From positions 1,472,001 through 1,536,000 of the forward strand of contig JBJBDL010000003.1 of assembly GCA_047285305.1 (NCBI GenBank): 64,000 nucleotides of DNA. Direction: 5' to 3'. The stretch is from Synechococcus sp. (GTDB lineage Bacteria > Cyanobacteriota > Cyanobacteriia > PCC-6307 > Cyanobiaceae). This document shows, one piece after another, positions 9,425 through 20,600 of this stretch (position 1 is its first letter; every line of letters begins with the position of its first letter). A model generated the notes under the pieces. The model was not told the origin of the DNA and searched no databases. It saw nothing but the letters and a program-made list of their open reading frames with translations. A program made the translations under genes and the position numbers.

Positions 9425-10953
9425 AAGGCCATGGCCCGGCTGTTCCAGCTCCCCTGAAGTCGTTCCCCCAGGCTCTCACCCAGCAGTGTGAGCACCGCAG
9501 AGATCAGCACGATCCAGAGCACCAGCCACCAATGAAAAGAGCTGAGGGCCTCCATCAGCTGCCAGCCCAGACCGGCACCCCCAACCATGCCGATGATCGC
9601 GGTGTCGCGCAGGATCACATCCAACCGGTAGGTCGCATAAGTGAGGTAAGCGCGGCTCACATCCGCCAGGGGGCCGTAAAGCCAGCTCACCCGGGGGGAG
9701 GCGCCGCAGGCCTTCATGGTCTGGGCGGAACGCAATCCCTTGCTGCGGATGTCGTCGATTAGCACCCGACCCATCACACCACCGTGGTGCAGCCCTAGGG
9801 CCAGCCCTGCCAGGCTCAGGCTTGGTTTGGCCAGCATCAGCAGCAGAAGTGCGGTGAGAGGTGCCGGGATTAGTCGGAACGCCCCCCACACCACTCTCTG
9901 CAGACGCAGGCTGGCCTGGCTGGGGCAAACCAGCAGCAGCAGCGGTGGAAGGCCGGTGGCAACACAACCAGCGATCAGGGTGATCCACACCGTGGCACCA
10001 ATTACCCCTGGCCAGGAGATCTCAAGGGCAGCATTGAATCCCTGGGATCCGTCGATGAGGTTGCCTACAACCATCGACCAGTCAGCCACTGGCCAGGCCA
10101 GCTGCAGATCTAGCTGTGTTGCCCAGTCGAGGGCAACCCAGGTGCTGGCCATGGCCACGGGAAGAATCAGCATGCGTGACCAGCTGCGCAGCATTCGCAG
10201 CAGTCGGTCGAGCACAACCATGGAGATGGCCAGCAACCACAGGCCACTCCACAGTTCCTGAAATTGGAGCGAGCGCAGGCTGAGACTGAGCTCTGTCCCC
10301 AGTCCTCCGAGGCCGAAAACGCCAAGAATCAATGCTGAACGAAGTGCGCAATCGAGGCGGTGGCCGATGTGGTCGCTGATCGGCTCTGCCAGCGGAGGGA
10401 CAAGTCCGGTGAGCATCACTGCCCATGGCGTGGCGCCGGCTCTCTTGAGTGCGGGGATGGCCGGTGAAACGTGGCAATCCACCTGATCGGCAATCACCCG
10501 TGCCATCAGAACCGTGTAGGGAATCGCAATGGCGCTGACCGCAACCCAGTCATTCAGTCCGAACACCTGAAGCAGCAAAAGCCCCCAGATCAGTTCATGC
10601 ACAGCGCGCAGGGGCGTCAGCCAACGGCGCAAGATCACGGCAGGCCAACGCACCCCCGCCAGGATCTCCCAGAATGTCCCTGAGCTCAGGAGTCCTAGAC
10701 CCACGCCCAGAACACTACTGATGCCCCAGGACATCATGGCGATCACCAGGGTGATCTGGAGTCCGTTCAGCAAGCTGCCCAGAACGATGGGATCGATGGA
10801 GGGCTGCACGGCCCCAGCGGCGAACTGTTGCAGAACCGAAAGTCCTCCGCCGTGCCCATCGCGCAACAGCACCAAAAGAACGCCCAGCAGGCTGAGACCC
10901 GGCAGCAATGGGATCAGCGGCAGGGCTGGCTTCAAGCCGATGCGTAGAGCCAT
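9421..10953 (-). CDS. phnE: PhnE/PtxC-family ABC permease (two fused permease domains)
   Basis: Repeated LRAVHELIWGLL / RSALILGVFGLGGLG and RDTAIIGMVGGAGLG motifs; in an operon with phnC and phnD. Confidence 0.85.
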   Translation of the reverse strand: MALRIGLKPALPLIPLLPGLSLLGVLLVLLRDGHGGGLSVLQQFAAGAVQPSIDPIVLGSLLNGLQITLVIAMMSWGISSVLGVGLGLLSSGTFWEILAGVRWPAVILRRWLTPLRAVHELIWGLLLLQVFGLNDWVAVSAIAIPYTVLMARVIADQVDCHVSPAIPALKRAGATPWAVMLTGLVPPLAEPISDHIGHRLDCALRSALILGVFGLGGLGTELSLSLRSLQFQELWSGLWLLAISMVVLDRLLRMLRSWSRMLILPVAMASTWVALDWATQLDLQLAWPVADWSMVVGNLIDGSQGFNAALEISWPGVIGATVWITLIAGCVATGLPPLLLLVCPSQASLRLQRVVWGAFRLIPAPLTALLLLMLAKPSLSLAGLALGLHHGGVMGRVLIDDIRSKGLRSAQTMKACGASPRVSWLYGPLADVSRAYLTYATYRLDVILRDTAIIGMVGGAGLGWQLMEALSSFHWWLVLWIVLISAVLTLLGESLGERLQGSWNSRAMAL

Positions 10954-11636
10954 TTCAACTGATCGCTATGAATGGTGTCTGGAGCCTCATCGATCACCAG
11001 GGCACCTTCACGGAGCCCCAGAACCCGATCAAACCGGTGTATGAGATCCGGTCGATGCAGGCTGATCAGACAGCCCGGCAAGAGAAGCAGGGTGTTGAGA
11101 ACGTCTTCGGCGAGGCTGGGATCAAGGGCGGAGAGGGGTTCGTCCGCCAGCACGAGTTCAGGCCGCTGATACAGCAAACGGCCCAGAGCTACCCGTTGGC
11201 GCTGCCCTCCAGAGAGCTCACGCACGGGCTGTTCAAGCAAATCGGACTCCAGTTTCACCTGGTTCATCAGCTCCAGGCAGGTGTTTGGGTCCAGGCGACC
11301 AAGCAGGTTTCGAATCGCCCAGAGAAGCCCATGGCGTCCCAAGGCACCGCTGTTGATGTTCTGGATAACACTCAGTTCCTCCACCAGGCGCAGGTCCTGC
11401 CAAAGCGTGCCGATTTGGCGCCGTTGCCGGCGGGACAGCTGCTGATGGGGGCGACCACACCAGTGCACGGATCCTGCATCGGGGCTTAATGCCCCGTTGC
11501 AGAGCTTCAGCAACGTGGTCTTGCCGGCGCCACTGGCACCGAGCAAAACCACACGCTGGTCCGCACGAAGGGTGAGGGTGATCGGTTGGAGCCGTTGCCC
11601 CAGGCAGGCCTGGTGCAGCTCCAGCAGCGCTGTCAA
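10932..11636 (-). CDS. phnC: Phosphonate/phosphite ABC transporter ATP-binding protein
   Basis: GASGAGKT, LSGGQRQRV, LADEPLSALDP. Confidence 0.88.
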   Translation of the reverse strand: MTALLELHQACLGQRLQPITLTLRADQRVVLLGASGAGKTTLLKLCNGALSPDAGSVHWCGRPHQQLSRRQRRQIGTLWQDLRLVEELSVIQNINSGALGRHGLLWAIRNLLGRLDPNTCLELMNQVKLESDLLEQPVRELSGGQRQRVALGRLLYQRPELVLADEPLSALDPSLAEDVLNTLLLLPGCLISLHRPDLIHRFDRVLGLREGALVIDEAPDTIHSDQLKWLYASA

Positions 11637-12556
11637 CGGATCTTTCCGAGTTGGCGACCCACTGTTTCGATCATGACGTAGTCCTCGTCCTTGGCGGGGA
11701 TGAAGCGTTCGGCACCGAACAGCTCAAGAATTGTGGCGCCGTTCTCTGTGTCTGTCGAAAGGTCCAGCAACGCTGTCTGGAGCTTGTCGGTGAAACCATC
11801 ACCAAAGCGCTCATTCAGACCGGGTCTTACAACCCAGTGGTAATCCACGTAGGGCGGTGTCCTCCAGATCACCGACACCTTGCCTGGATCCACGCGGCCG
11901 TCCGCCAAATTGCTGCGCCAGACCTGCTCGTTTAAGGCGCCCACCTCGTAGGCACCGCTTTGCACCACAGCAATGGTGGCGTCGTGGCTTCCGCTGAAGC
12001 CAGGTCCGCCCCCTGCTAGATCCTCAGGTTTCACGCCGTTTTCCCCCATGAAGAACTGGGGCATCAGGCGGCCGGAGGTGGAACTCTCCGAACCGAAGGC
12101 CAGTCGGCGTCCCTTCAGTTGCACCAGTTGGTCGGCACTGGTGAAGGGGCGCAAACCACTGGCGCCATTGGCGATGAACACACTGGTGAACACTGCATCG
12201 ATGTCCCGTTGCGCCAGCACTCGGGCTCCAGGCGTCTGCAGCCTGGCCTGCACACCGGTGAGTCCACCGAACCAGACCAGATCAAGGCTGCCGGTGCGGA
12301 AGGCACTTACTGCAGCCGCGTAGTTGCTCACCGGGGCATACCGCACTGGCACAGCCAGCTTTTCGCTGAGTTCCGCAGAGAGCGTGCCGTAAAGGCGATT
12401 GAGTTTCTCGGGGTTCTGGTCGGGGATCGCCCCGATCTGCAGAACGGCCTGCTTGGCATCGTTCTGGGGTGACCCGCAACTGGAAACATTGGCCGTGAGT
12501 GCCAGGACGGCAATCAATCCGGTGGCCACGACGACTCCGCGTTCTCTTACAGACAT
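11633..12556 (-). CDS. phnD: PhnD-family substrate-binding lipoprotein
   Basis: GAIPDQ, DLVWFGGLTG, FGSESSTSGRLMP, SGSHD, YVDYHW. Confidence 0.9.
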   Translation of the reverse strand: MSVRERGVVVATGLIAVLALTANVSSCGSPQNDAKQAVLQIGAIPDQNPEKLNRLYGTLSAELSEKLAVPVRYAPVSNYAAAVSAFRTGSLDLVWFGGLTGVQARLQTPGARVLAQRDIDAVFTSVFIANGASGLRPFTSADQLVQLKGRRLAFGSESSTSGRLMPQFFMGENGVKPEDLAGGGPGFSGSHDATIAVVQSGAYEVGALNEQVWRSNLADGRVDPGKVSVIWRTPPYVDYHWVVRPGLNERFGDGFTDKLQTALLDLSTDTENGATILELFGAERFIPAKDEDYVMIETVGRQLGKIR

Positions 12557-12583
12557 TCAGCAATTCCAAGTGATCAGTTCGGA

Positions 12584-13762
12584 TCAGAAGGAACGAAGCA
12601 GCCGCTTCAGTCGCATCAGTCCATCGTTGATCGTCTCATCCGCTACAGCACAAGAGAGTCGAATGCAGCGGTCATTGCCGAAGGCCAGGCCCGGAATCAT
12701 GGCCAGGCCTTCCTGTTCCAGGGCTTGTCGGCAGAACTCCATCGAATCAGGCACGCCGTCCGGCAGGCGGGGGAAGGCGTAGAAGGCCCCTTGAGGGGGC
12801 GTCAGGGTGATGCCATCCAGAGCCTGCAGCCCTTGCGTGAGCAGAGTTCGGCGGCGGTTGTAGCTGATTGCCATCTGGTGCACGCAATCTCGGGGACCTT
12901 CGATCGCCGCCAGGGCACCCCGTTGAGCAAAGCTGCACACATTGCTGGTGCTCTGGCTCTGCAGGGCTGAAGCAGCCTTGATCACGGCAGCATCTCCAGC
13001 TAGATAACCGAGGCGCCAGCCGGTCATCGCCCAGCCTTTGGCAAAGCCGTTCACGGTGAAGCAGCGCGAGCGGATCTTTTCGGCAATGGCCGCAAAGCTG
13101 CAGTGCTGCTGACCATCGGCTAAGAGATATTCATAGATCTCATCGCTCATCACCATCAGCTGGGGGTGACGGGCCACCAGCGCGGCCAGGTCCTCGAGTT
13201 CGGCCCGTTTCATCACCTGGCCGCTAGGGTTGCCAGGAGAATTGATCACCAGCAGTCGGCTGCTTGGGGTGATCTGCTGCTCCAACAGATCGAGGTCGAG
13301 ACGGAAGCCTTCCTCAGCTTCGGTGGGGATGATCCTGGTGCTTGCCCCGGCCAGGGCTGCCATCTCGGGATAGCTCAGCCAGTAGGGCGCCGGCACCAGA
13401 ACTTCGTCGCCGGGATTGAGCAGCACCTGGAACAGGTTGTAGATGGCTTGCTTGCCACCGTTGGTCACCAGAACCTGCTCGGGCTGGGTTGGAATCCCGT
13501 TTTCGACGCTCAGCTTTTGGGCCAGAGCAGCACGAAGATCAGGGTCCCCTGCGGCGGGTCCGTAGCGGGTGAAGCCGGATCCCAGAGCACGCTGGGCCGC
13601 TTCAACGATGAATGGAGGCGTCGCAAAGTCCGGCTCACCGGCACTGAGGCTGCAGATGTCCTTACCGCTATCGCGCAGTGCTTTGGCCTTGGCGCTGATC
13701 TCCAGCGTCAGCGACGGTTTGAGGGCGACAGCCCGGTCGGAAAGTTCTAACGGGCGCGGCAT
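12584..13762 (-). CDS. Class I PLP-dependent (aspartate) aminotransferase
   Basis: SAGEPDF, NSPGNPSG, SDEIYE, GFAKGWAMTGWRLG. Confidence 0.95.
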   Translation of the reverse strand: MPRPLELSDRAVALKPSLTLEISAKAKALRDSGKDICSLSAGEPDFATPPFIVEAAQRALGSGFTRYGPAAGDPDLRAALAQKLSVENGIPTQPEQVLVTNGGKQAIYNLFQVLLNPGDEVLVPAPYWLSYPEMAALAGASTRIIPTEAEEGFRLDLDLLEQQITPSSRLLVINSPGNPSGQVMKRAELEDLAALVARHPQLMVMSDEIYEYLLADGQQHCSFAAIAEKIRSRCFTVNGFAKGWAMTGWRLGYLAGDAAVIKAASALQSQSTSNVCSFAQRGALAAIEGPRDCVHQMAISYNRRRTLLTQGLQALDGITLTPPQGAFYAFPRLPDGVPDSMEFCRQALEQEGLAMIPGLAFGNDRCIRLSCAVADETINDGLMRLKRLLRSF

Positions 13763-13848
13763 CGGTAACGCACCTCCCCTCGGTGCGTTTAAAACTTGAT
13801 CATCCTGCCGCAGATGGTGTCGCAGACAACCTTGATTTTTTGGCGCCC

Positions 13849-14250
13849 ATGAATGCGATACAGATCGGGTGGGTCTTGGCAGCAGAGGACAGCGCCCGGT
13901 TGGCGACGTTCTACAGGGAGCTGTTTCAAGCCACGTTGAAGCCTGGGGTGGCGGAGCATCACTGCATCGTTCAATTCAGCGATGGCACCCAGCTGGAGAT
14001 CTACAGGCCTTCACGCCGGCGCTCTTTTCCAGCCAGGGGGCGAGCGCTGGCGCCCTGTTTGCGGCTCCCGCCATCACAGGAGCCCCTCCCTGAACTTCAG
14101 CGACTGCTCAGTAACGCCTTGCAGCGTGGTGGATCGCTTCTCGAGGAGGCGCGGCTTGAGCCCTTTGGTGCTGAGGCCTGGATCCATGATCCGGAGGGCA
14201 ATCCTCTGTTGCTGTTGGCTCCGCTGGCCTCTGCCGCCTCGATTTCATGA
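13849..14250 (+). CDS. VOC / glyoxalase-bleomycin resistance family protein
   Basis: LATFYRELF ... EPFG.EAWIHDPEGNPLLL. Confidence 0.85.
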   Translation: MNAIQIGWVLAAEDSARLATFYRELFQATLKPGVAEHHCIVQFSDGTQLEIYRPSRRRSFPARGRALAPCLRLPPSQEPLPELQRLLSNALQRGGSLLEEARLEPFGAEAWIHDPEGNPLLLLAPLASAASIS

Positions 14251-14810
14251 CCATGTCCATCCTGAAGGCCTGCAGTTCCTGCACAGCCTGTGACCTCGCC
14301 AGCACGCGCCACACCGTCGTGATCAGTCGCGGCAATCCCACGGCGGATCTAATGCTGATCGGTGAAGCTCCCGGAGCTCAGGAAGATGCTCAGGGCGTCC
14401 CGTTTGTCGGGCGTTCAGGACGTGCCCTCGATCAACTGCTGCAGGATGTGGATCTGGATCCCGAGCATGACCTCTACATCTGCAATGCGATCAAATGCAG
14501 GCCCCCCAACAACCGACGACCAAAAAAAACTGAGTTGGCTGCTTGCCGGACCTGGCTTGACCTGCAACTGGAGGCCGTTGATCCCACAGTGATCGTGCTC
14601 ACGGGAGCCACCGCTGTGGAGGCCATCCTTGGCATCAAGGGGGGCATGACCCAGCTTCGTGGTCAGTGGCAGAGCTGGAATGGACGGGCTGTGATGCCGA
14701 TTTTTCACCCCTCCTATCTGCTGCGGAATCCCTCCAAAGCAGCCGGCGCGCCCCTGGATCTGACACGGCAGGATCTCGACACGGTTCGGCGCAGGCTGTG
14801 CGAACGTTGA
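14247..14810 (+). CDS. Uracil-DNA glycosylase family 4 (Fe-S)
   Basis: [38 protein letters not shown]. Confidence 0.95.
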   Translation: MTMSILKACSSCTACDLASTRHTVVISRGNPTADLMLIGEAPGAQEDAQGVPFVGRSGRALDQLLQDVDLDPEHDLYICNAIKCRPPNNRRPKKTELAACRTWLDLQLEAVDPTVIVLTGATAVEAILGIKGGMTQLRGQWQSWNGRAVMPIFHPSYLLRNPSKAAGAPLDLTRQDLDTVRRRLCER

Positions 14811-14830
14811 CGCGCTTCACCACCGGCCCC

Positions 14831-16027
14831 ATGACTGCCCTGGATCGGCGCTACGACACCCAGATCCACCGCCGTGTGACCCGCACTGTGATGGTTGGTG
14901 ATGTGCCACTGGGCAGCGAGCACCCAATAGTGGTGCAGTCGATGATCAACGAGGACACCCTTGACATCGAGGCTGCTGTAGCCGGCATCATCCGCCTGGC
15001 CGAAGCAGGCAGTGAGATCGTCCGGGTGACGACCCCCTCGATGGCCCACGCCAAGGCGATGGGACAGATCCGTCGGGAGCTTCGTCAGCGCGGCTGCACC
15101 GTTCCCCTGGTGGCAGATGTTCACCACAACGGCATCAAAATCGCCCTGGAGGTCGCCCAGCACGTCGACAAAGTCCGGATCAATCCCGGCCTGTTCATTT
15201 TTGATAAGCCAGATCCGAATCGCCAGGAGTTCAGCTCCGAAGAATTTGCCGCCATCGGCCAGCGCATCCGTGAGCAGTTCGAGCCCCTGGTGACCCTGCT
15301 GCGGGATCAGAACAAGGCGCTTCGAATCGGTGTGAACCATGGCTCCCTTGCGGAGCGGATGCTGTTCACCTACGGCGACACCCCTGAGGGGATGGTCGAG
15401 TCAGCGATGGAATTCGTGCGCATCTGCCATGAGCTTGATTTCCACAACATCGTGATTTCGATGAAGGCCTCGCGAGCTCCGGTGATGCTCGCGGCCTACC
15501 GCCTGATGGCAGACACCATGGACAAGGAAGGTTTCAATTACCCACTCCACCTGGGCGTGACCGAAGCCGGTGATGGTGATTACGGCCGGATCAAGAGCAC
15601 CGCAGGAATCGCCACACTCCTGGCCGATGGATTGGGAGACACCCTCCGGGTCTCACTTACGGAGGCCCCTGAAAAGGAAATACCGGTCTGCTACTCGATT
15701 CTTCAATCCCTGGGTCTGCGCAAGACCATGGTCGAGTACGTCGCCTGCCCTAGCTGCGGTCGCACCCTGTTCAATCTCGAGGAGGTGTTGCATAAGGTGC
15801 GCAACGCCACATCTCACCTCACGGGTCTGGACATCGCCGTGATGGGATGCATCGTCAATGGTCCCGGCGAGATGGCCGACGCCGATTACGGCTATGTCGG
15901 CAAAACTCCGGGCGTGATTTCGCTTTATCGCGGCCGTGATGAAATTCGCAAGGTGCCTGAAGCTGAGGGCGTTGAAGCCCTGATCCAATTGATCAAAGAG
16001 GACGGTCGCTGGGTGGAGCCCGCCTGA
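14831..16027 (+). CDS. ispG: HMBPP synthase (GcpE)
   Basis: [51 protein letters not shown]. Confidence 0.98.
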   Translation: MTALDRRYDTQIHRRVTRTVMVGDVPLGSEHPIVVQSMINEDTLDIEAAVAGIIRLAEAGSEIVRVTTPSMAHAKAMGQIRRELRQRGCTVPLVADVHHNGIKIALEVAQHVDKVRINPGLFIFDKPDPNRQEFSSEEFAAIGQRIREQFEPLVTLLRDQNKALRIGVNHGSLAERMLFTYGDTPEGMVESAMEFVRICHELDFHNIVISMKASRAPVMLAAYRLMADTMDKEGFNYPLHLGVTEAGDGDYGRIKSTAGIATLLADGLGDTLRVSLTEAPEKEIPVCYSILQSLGLRKTMVEYVACPSCGRTLFNLEEVLHKVRNATSHLTGLDIAVMGCIVNGPGEMADADYGYVGKTPGVISLYRGRDEIRKVPEAEGVEALIQLIKEDGRWVEPA

Positions 16028-16061
16028 TCTCGTTAATCTGAAGAATCAGTCCTGAAGGGCC

Positions 16062-17411
16062 ATGGTTCGGAGTCAGCGCCTGCGTTCTTTGGTCCGGTCG
16101 ACTCCGTTGCTGTTGATGCTGGGGGTCGGTGGTGTAGTCACCGCCTTGGGCATCAGCTCACCAGGTCTTTCCCTTCCATCGGCCTCCGGCGGATCGATTC
16201 ACGACAGCCCCAAGGAGGTGATTGATCAAGTTTGGCAGATCGTTTATCGCGATTACCTGGATTCCACGGGCTCCTACGACGAAAGAACGTGGCGCCAATT
16301 GCGGAGCAATCTGCTGCGCAAGTCCTACGGGGGCAGCGCCGAGTCCTACGAGGCGATCCGGGGCATGCTGGCCAGCCTTGATGACCCCTACACGCGTTTC
16401 CTTGATCCAAAGGAGTTCAAGGAGATGCAAATCGACACCTCCGGTGAGTTGATGGGCGTGGGCATTCAGCTCAGTCTCGACAAAGACACGAAAGAGCTGA
16501 TTGTTGTCTCTCCGATTGAGGGCACCCCTGCATCCCGTGCGGGCATTCAGCCCAAGGATGTGATCGTTTCCATCGATGATGCCTCCACCAAAGGCATGAC
16601 CACCGAGGACGCCGTCAAGTTGATTCGTGGTCCTGAAGGCACCGATGTCGTACTGGGCCTCAGGCGCCAGGGTCAGGTGCTGAATGTGCCGTTGAAACGG
16701 GCGCGAATTGAGATTCTTGCCGTGAAGGCCATGCTCAACACGACGCCCAATGGCCGCAAGGTGGGCTACATCCGTCTCAAGCAATTCAATGCCAACGCCA
16801 CGCGTGAGATGCGTGCGGCCGTCAAGGATCTGGAATCACAGGCTGCTGAGGGCTACGTGCTGGATCTACGCAGCAATCCCGGCGGCTTGCTCGAGGCCAG
16901 CGTGGACATCGCTCGCCAATGGCTCAACGAGGGCACGATCGTCAGCACCCGAACCCGCGCAGGAATCCGCGATGTGAGGCGCGCCACGGGCAGTGCAATC
17001 ACCGACAAACCCCTGGTGGTGCTGATTGATCAGGGATCTGCCAGTGCCAGCGAAATTCTTTCAGGGGCACTTCAGGACAATTCCCGTGCCCAACTCGTTG
17101 GACAGAAGACCTTTGGCAAAGGGCTTGTCCAGGCCGTTCGCGGGTTGGCCGATGGATCCGGTCTGACGGTCACCATCGCGAAGTACCTCACACCCAAGGG
17201 AACCGATATTCACAAGAACGGCATCAAACCGGACATCGAAGCGGCGATGTCGACGAAGGAGATCAAGAATTTCTCGGTTGAAGATCTGGGAACCCAGAAA
17301 GACAGTCAGTACAGGACAGCTGAAGGCAGCCTGTTGAACCAATTGAAGAAAATGCAGGCAGGCACTACTTATCAACCTGGTGGAGCCAACCTCAGCTACG
17401 CGTTGCAGTAG
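16062..17411 (+). CDS. Carboxyl-terminal processing protease (S41, CtpA family)
   Basis: LDDPYTRF, PDZ domain, DLRSNPGG, SASASEI, TFGKG. Confidence 0.95.
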   Translation: MVRSQRLRSLVRSTPLLLMLGVGGVVTALGISSPGLSLPSASGGSIHDSPKEVIDQVWQIVYRDYLDSTGSYDERTWRQLRSNLLRKSYGGSAESYEAIRGMLASLDDPYTRFLDPKEFKEMQIDTSGELMGVGIQLSLDKDTKELIVVSPIEGTPASRAGIQPKDVIVSIDDASTKGMTTEDAVKLIRGPEGTDVVLGLRRQGQVLNVPLKRARIEILAVKAMLNTTPNGRKVGYIRLKQFNANATREMRAAVKDLESQAAEGYVLDLRSNPGGLLEASVDIARQWLNEGTIVSTRTRAGIRDVRRATGSAITDKPLVVLIDQGSASASEILSGALQDNSRAQLVGQKTFGKGLVQAVRGLADGSGLTVTIAKYLTPKGTDIHKNGIKPDIEAAMSTKEIKNFSVEDLGTQKDSQYRTAEGSLLNQLKKMQAGTTYQPGGANLSYALQ

Positions 17412-17412
17412 C

Positions 17413-17580
17413 TCAGGAGACGGGCTGCATCAGTCCGCCTCCACCACCACCATTGGAGTCGTCATCGTCTGAAGCGCCGGGCTGGAACAGGGCGTACACG
17501 CCAAGAGCGGTGGCACAGAAAACGCCGCTGATCAGTTCCAGAGAAACGCCACCAGCACTGATCTCGACGAATTCACCCAT
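17413..17580 (-). CDS. 55-aa single-TM microprotein with DDDD..GGG.MQP tail
   Basis: Manual translation: MGEFVEISAGGVSLELISGVFCATALGVYALFQPGASDDDDSNGGGGGLMQPVS*. Confidence 0.75.
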   Translation of the reverse strand: MGEFVEISAGGVSLELISGVFCATALGVYALFQPGASDDDDSNGGGGGGLMQPVS

Positions 17581-17659
17581 GTCCAACGGATTTCGCTGGC
17601 ACCAATGTAACGAAGAATTGCGTGGTTGGTAACGTTATTCTCAGAATTCGGTTCAGGAT

Positions 17660-20600
17660 TCAGACCTGAACCACCTCTGCGTTCTTGGCACGCAGTTCTG
17701 CCTGCCGCTGCGCCTCTGTTTTGCCATCGGCATCGGGAATCTGGGCTGCCATCAGACGCAGCCATTCCATCAGCTGTTCCAGTTGCTTCTCCATGGGGAG
17801 AACACCGAGACCGCGGGCCATCACCTTGTGATGGATTCCGCTGCCGGCCTGATATACCAAACGGCCATGCAGATGCTGAGGCAACCCCTGGCGCAGCAAA
17901 CGGAACGCGGGTTCCTCCATGGGAGTTTCGAGCACGATGTTGGGCTTCTCTGGTTTGATCCTTGAGAATCCGCACCGTTTCGACAGAAGTTTGAGTTCCA
18001 TCAGCTGCAGAAGCGACACCACGGCAGCAGGCAGCGCTCCGTAGCGATCGGCCCAACCCGCAGCCAGCTCCACCAGAGCCTCTGCCGTCAGGCAGTCGGC
18101 GGCAGCCCGGTAAGCCGCGATCTTCTCATCAGGATCAGTGATCCAGTCCGCAGGCACGAAGGCCGTAACGGGGAGGTCTACCTGGGTGTCTTCAACGCTG
18201 GGGATGTCTTGACCCTGAATTTCGGCCAGGGTTTCTTGCAGCATTTCCATGTAGAGGTCAAAGCCGATTGTTTCCATTTGGCCGCTCTGCTGCACGCCGA
18301 GGAGATTGCCGACTCCACGGATCTCCATATCCCGCATGGCAAGCTGATAACCACTGCCCAATTGGGCGAACTCTTGAATGGCGCGCAGCCGCTGACGGGC
18401 GGTGTCGCTCAGCGATGCGTTGCCCGGATAGAACAACCAGGCATGGGCCTGAATCCCACTGCGGCCGACCCGACCACGCAATTGGTACAGCTGGGCCAGG
18501 CCAAAACGGTGGGCGTCCTCAATAAGGATCGTGTTGACGCGAGGAATGTCCAGACCGCTCTCCACAATCGTGGTGCAGAGCATCACGTCGGCTTCGCCGG
18601 CGTTAAACGCAACCATGGCGTTCTCCAGTTCGCCCTCGGCCATCTGACCGTGAGCTACCAAAAGCTTCAGGCCTGGCAGCATCTCCAGTAAGCCTGCAGC
18701 CACCTCTTCGATTCCTTCAACCCGGGGAACCACATAAAACACCTGGCCCCCACGATCCAGTTCCTGGCGGATGGCGCTGCGCACCGCCTCCGGATCCAGA
18801 GAAGCCAGGTGCGTCTTGATCGGACGGCGCAGCGGCGGTGGTGTGGTGATCAGGCTCATCTCCCGCACCCCCGAAAGGCTCATGTAAAGCGTTCTGGGAA
18901 TCGGAGTTGCCGACAGGGTCAGCACGTCCACGTCCTTCCGCAGCACTTTGATCTTTTCCTTCTGGTTCACACCGAAGCGCTGTTCTTCATCCACTACCAA
19001 CAGACCAAGCTCTTGGAATGACGCTCCTTTGCTGAGCAATTGGTGGGTTCCCACCACGGCGTCGATGGTTCCCTGCTTCAGGCCATCGAGAATGGATTTG
19101 CGTTCCGACGCCGTCCGGAAACGATTGAGCAGAGCTACCTTGATCGGATACGGCGCGAAGCGTTCCGAGAGAGTGCGCCAGTGCTGCTGAGCCAACACCG
19201 TTGTCGGGGCCAGCATCGCCACCTGCTTCCCAGCAGTAATGGCTTTGAAGATGGCGCGGATCGCAACTTCGGTCTTGCCGAAGCCAACGTCCCCGCACAC
19301 CAGTCGGTCCATCGGCTCCTGCCGTTCCATGTCCCGTTTCACATCGGCCGTGGCCTTCAGTTGATCCGGCGTCGGGTCATAGGGGAACGACTCCTCCATT
19401 TCTACCTGCCAGGGGCCGTCGGTGGGGAAGGCAAAGCCTGCGGCCTGTTGCCGTTCCGCGTATAGCTTCACCAGATCAAGGGCAACCTTCCGAACCGCTT
19501 TCTTGGCCCTTTCCTTGGCCTTGTTCCAGGCCGTGCCACCCATGCGGTTGAGCTGCGGGGGTGTTTCACTCGTGGCCCGGTAACGCCCAAGGCTTCCGAG
19601 TTGATCGGCGGCAACCCGAAGGATTCCATCCGCGTACTGCACCACGAGGTAGTCGCGGATGTCCCCTGACATCGCAAGTTTTTCCATTGCTTTGAAGCGG
19701 CCAATGCCATGGTTTCGATGCACCACAAAATCGCCCGGGCGCATCTTGTTGGGATCCACCGTGCGGCTTGCGGCCTTGCGACGACGGCGTACGTAGCCAC
19801 TGGAACTGAGGCTCTGCTGACCAAAGAATTCGCGGTCGGTGACCAGGGCAATCCTCCAGGCCGGCAGCTGCAAACCCTCAAGTTCGGCCGTGCCCCTCAC
19901 CTTCAAGGCGACGGGAGTGTTCTGTTCAATCAGACGCGTAATGGCATTGCTGTCTCCCGCGTTCGGTACAAACCGACTAATGCAGTCGTGCTCCTCCAGT
20001 AGAGCAACCGCTCGGCTGGGTTGCGCAGACACCAACCAAACCGCCGTGCGCTCGGTTTGAAATCCCTTGATCAGTTCCCCGAGTCTTCCGAATTGGTTGG
20101 GGTAGGCCGCAACAGGACGGCTGGCGAGGTCGAAGCTGTTGGGATGCTGGTCAACTTCGAGCAGTTCTGCCATGTCGAAGCCATGGAAGACCTCAGTCAG
20201 GGCATAGGCGGCTTCAATCTCACGGTGCAGAACCGCTGGCCAGATCAGATCACGATCGCCCTCGTCCAGACCCGCCTCAGCAGCCATGTCGTGGTGATGT
20301 TCCTCTACGTGACTGAGCCACTGTTGTCCGTGGGCCAAGCCCTGGCGTCGCTCATCGATCACCACTGTTGTGGTGTCCGGCAGGTAGTCGAGAAGCGAGG
20401 CGGGTTGCCCCCAGGAGAGCCCCATCAGCCGGCGAATGCCTTCCGGTGTTCCACCGTTCAAAAGCTGCTCGGTGCCCTTAGCACCGAGCAGTTGCTCAAG
20501 TCCGTCGGGCATCGTCTCCCTGAGCTGGTCCGCTATCAGAGGCCCAAACCCTGTTGGTGTGAGCCGAAGCGCATCGACGGGGTCCAGTGAGCGTTGGCTG

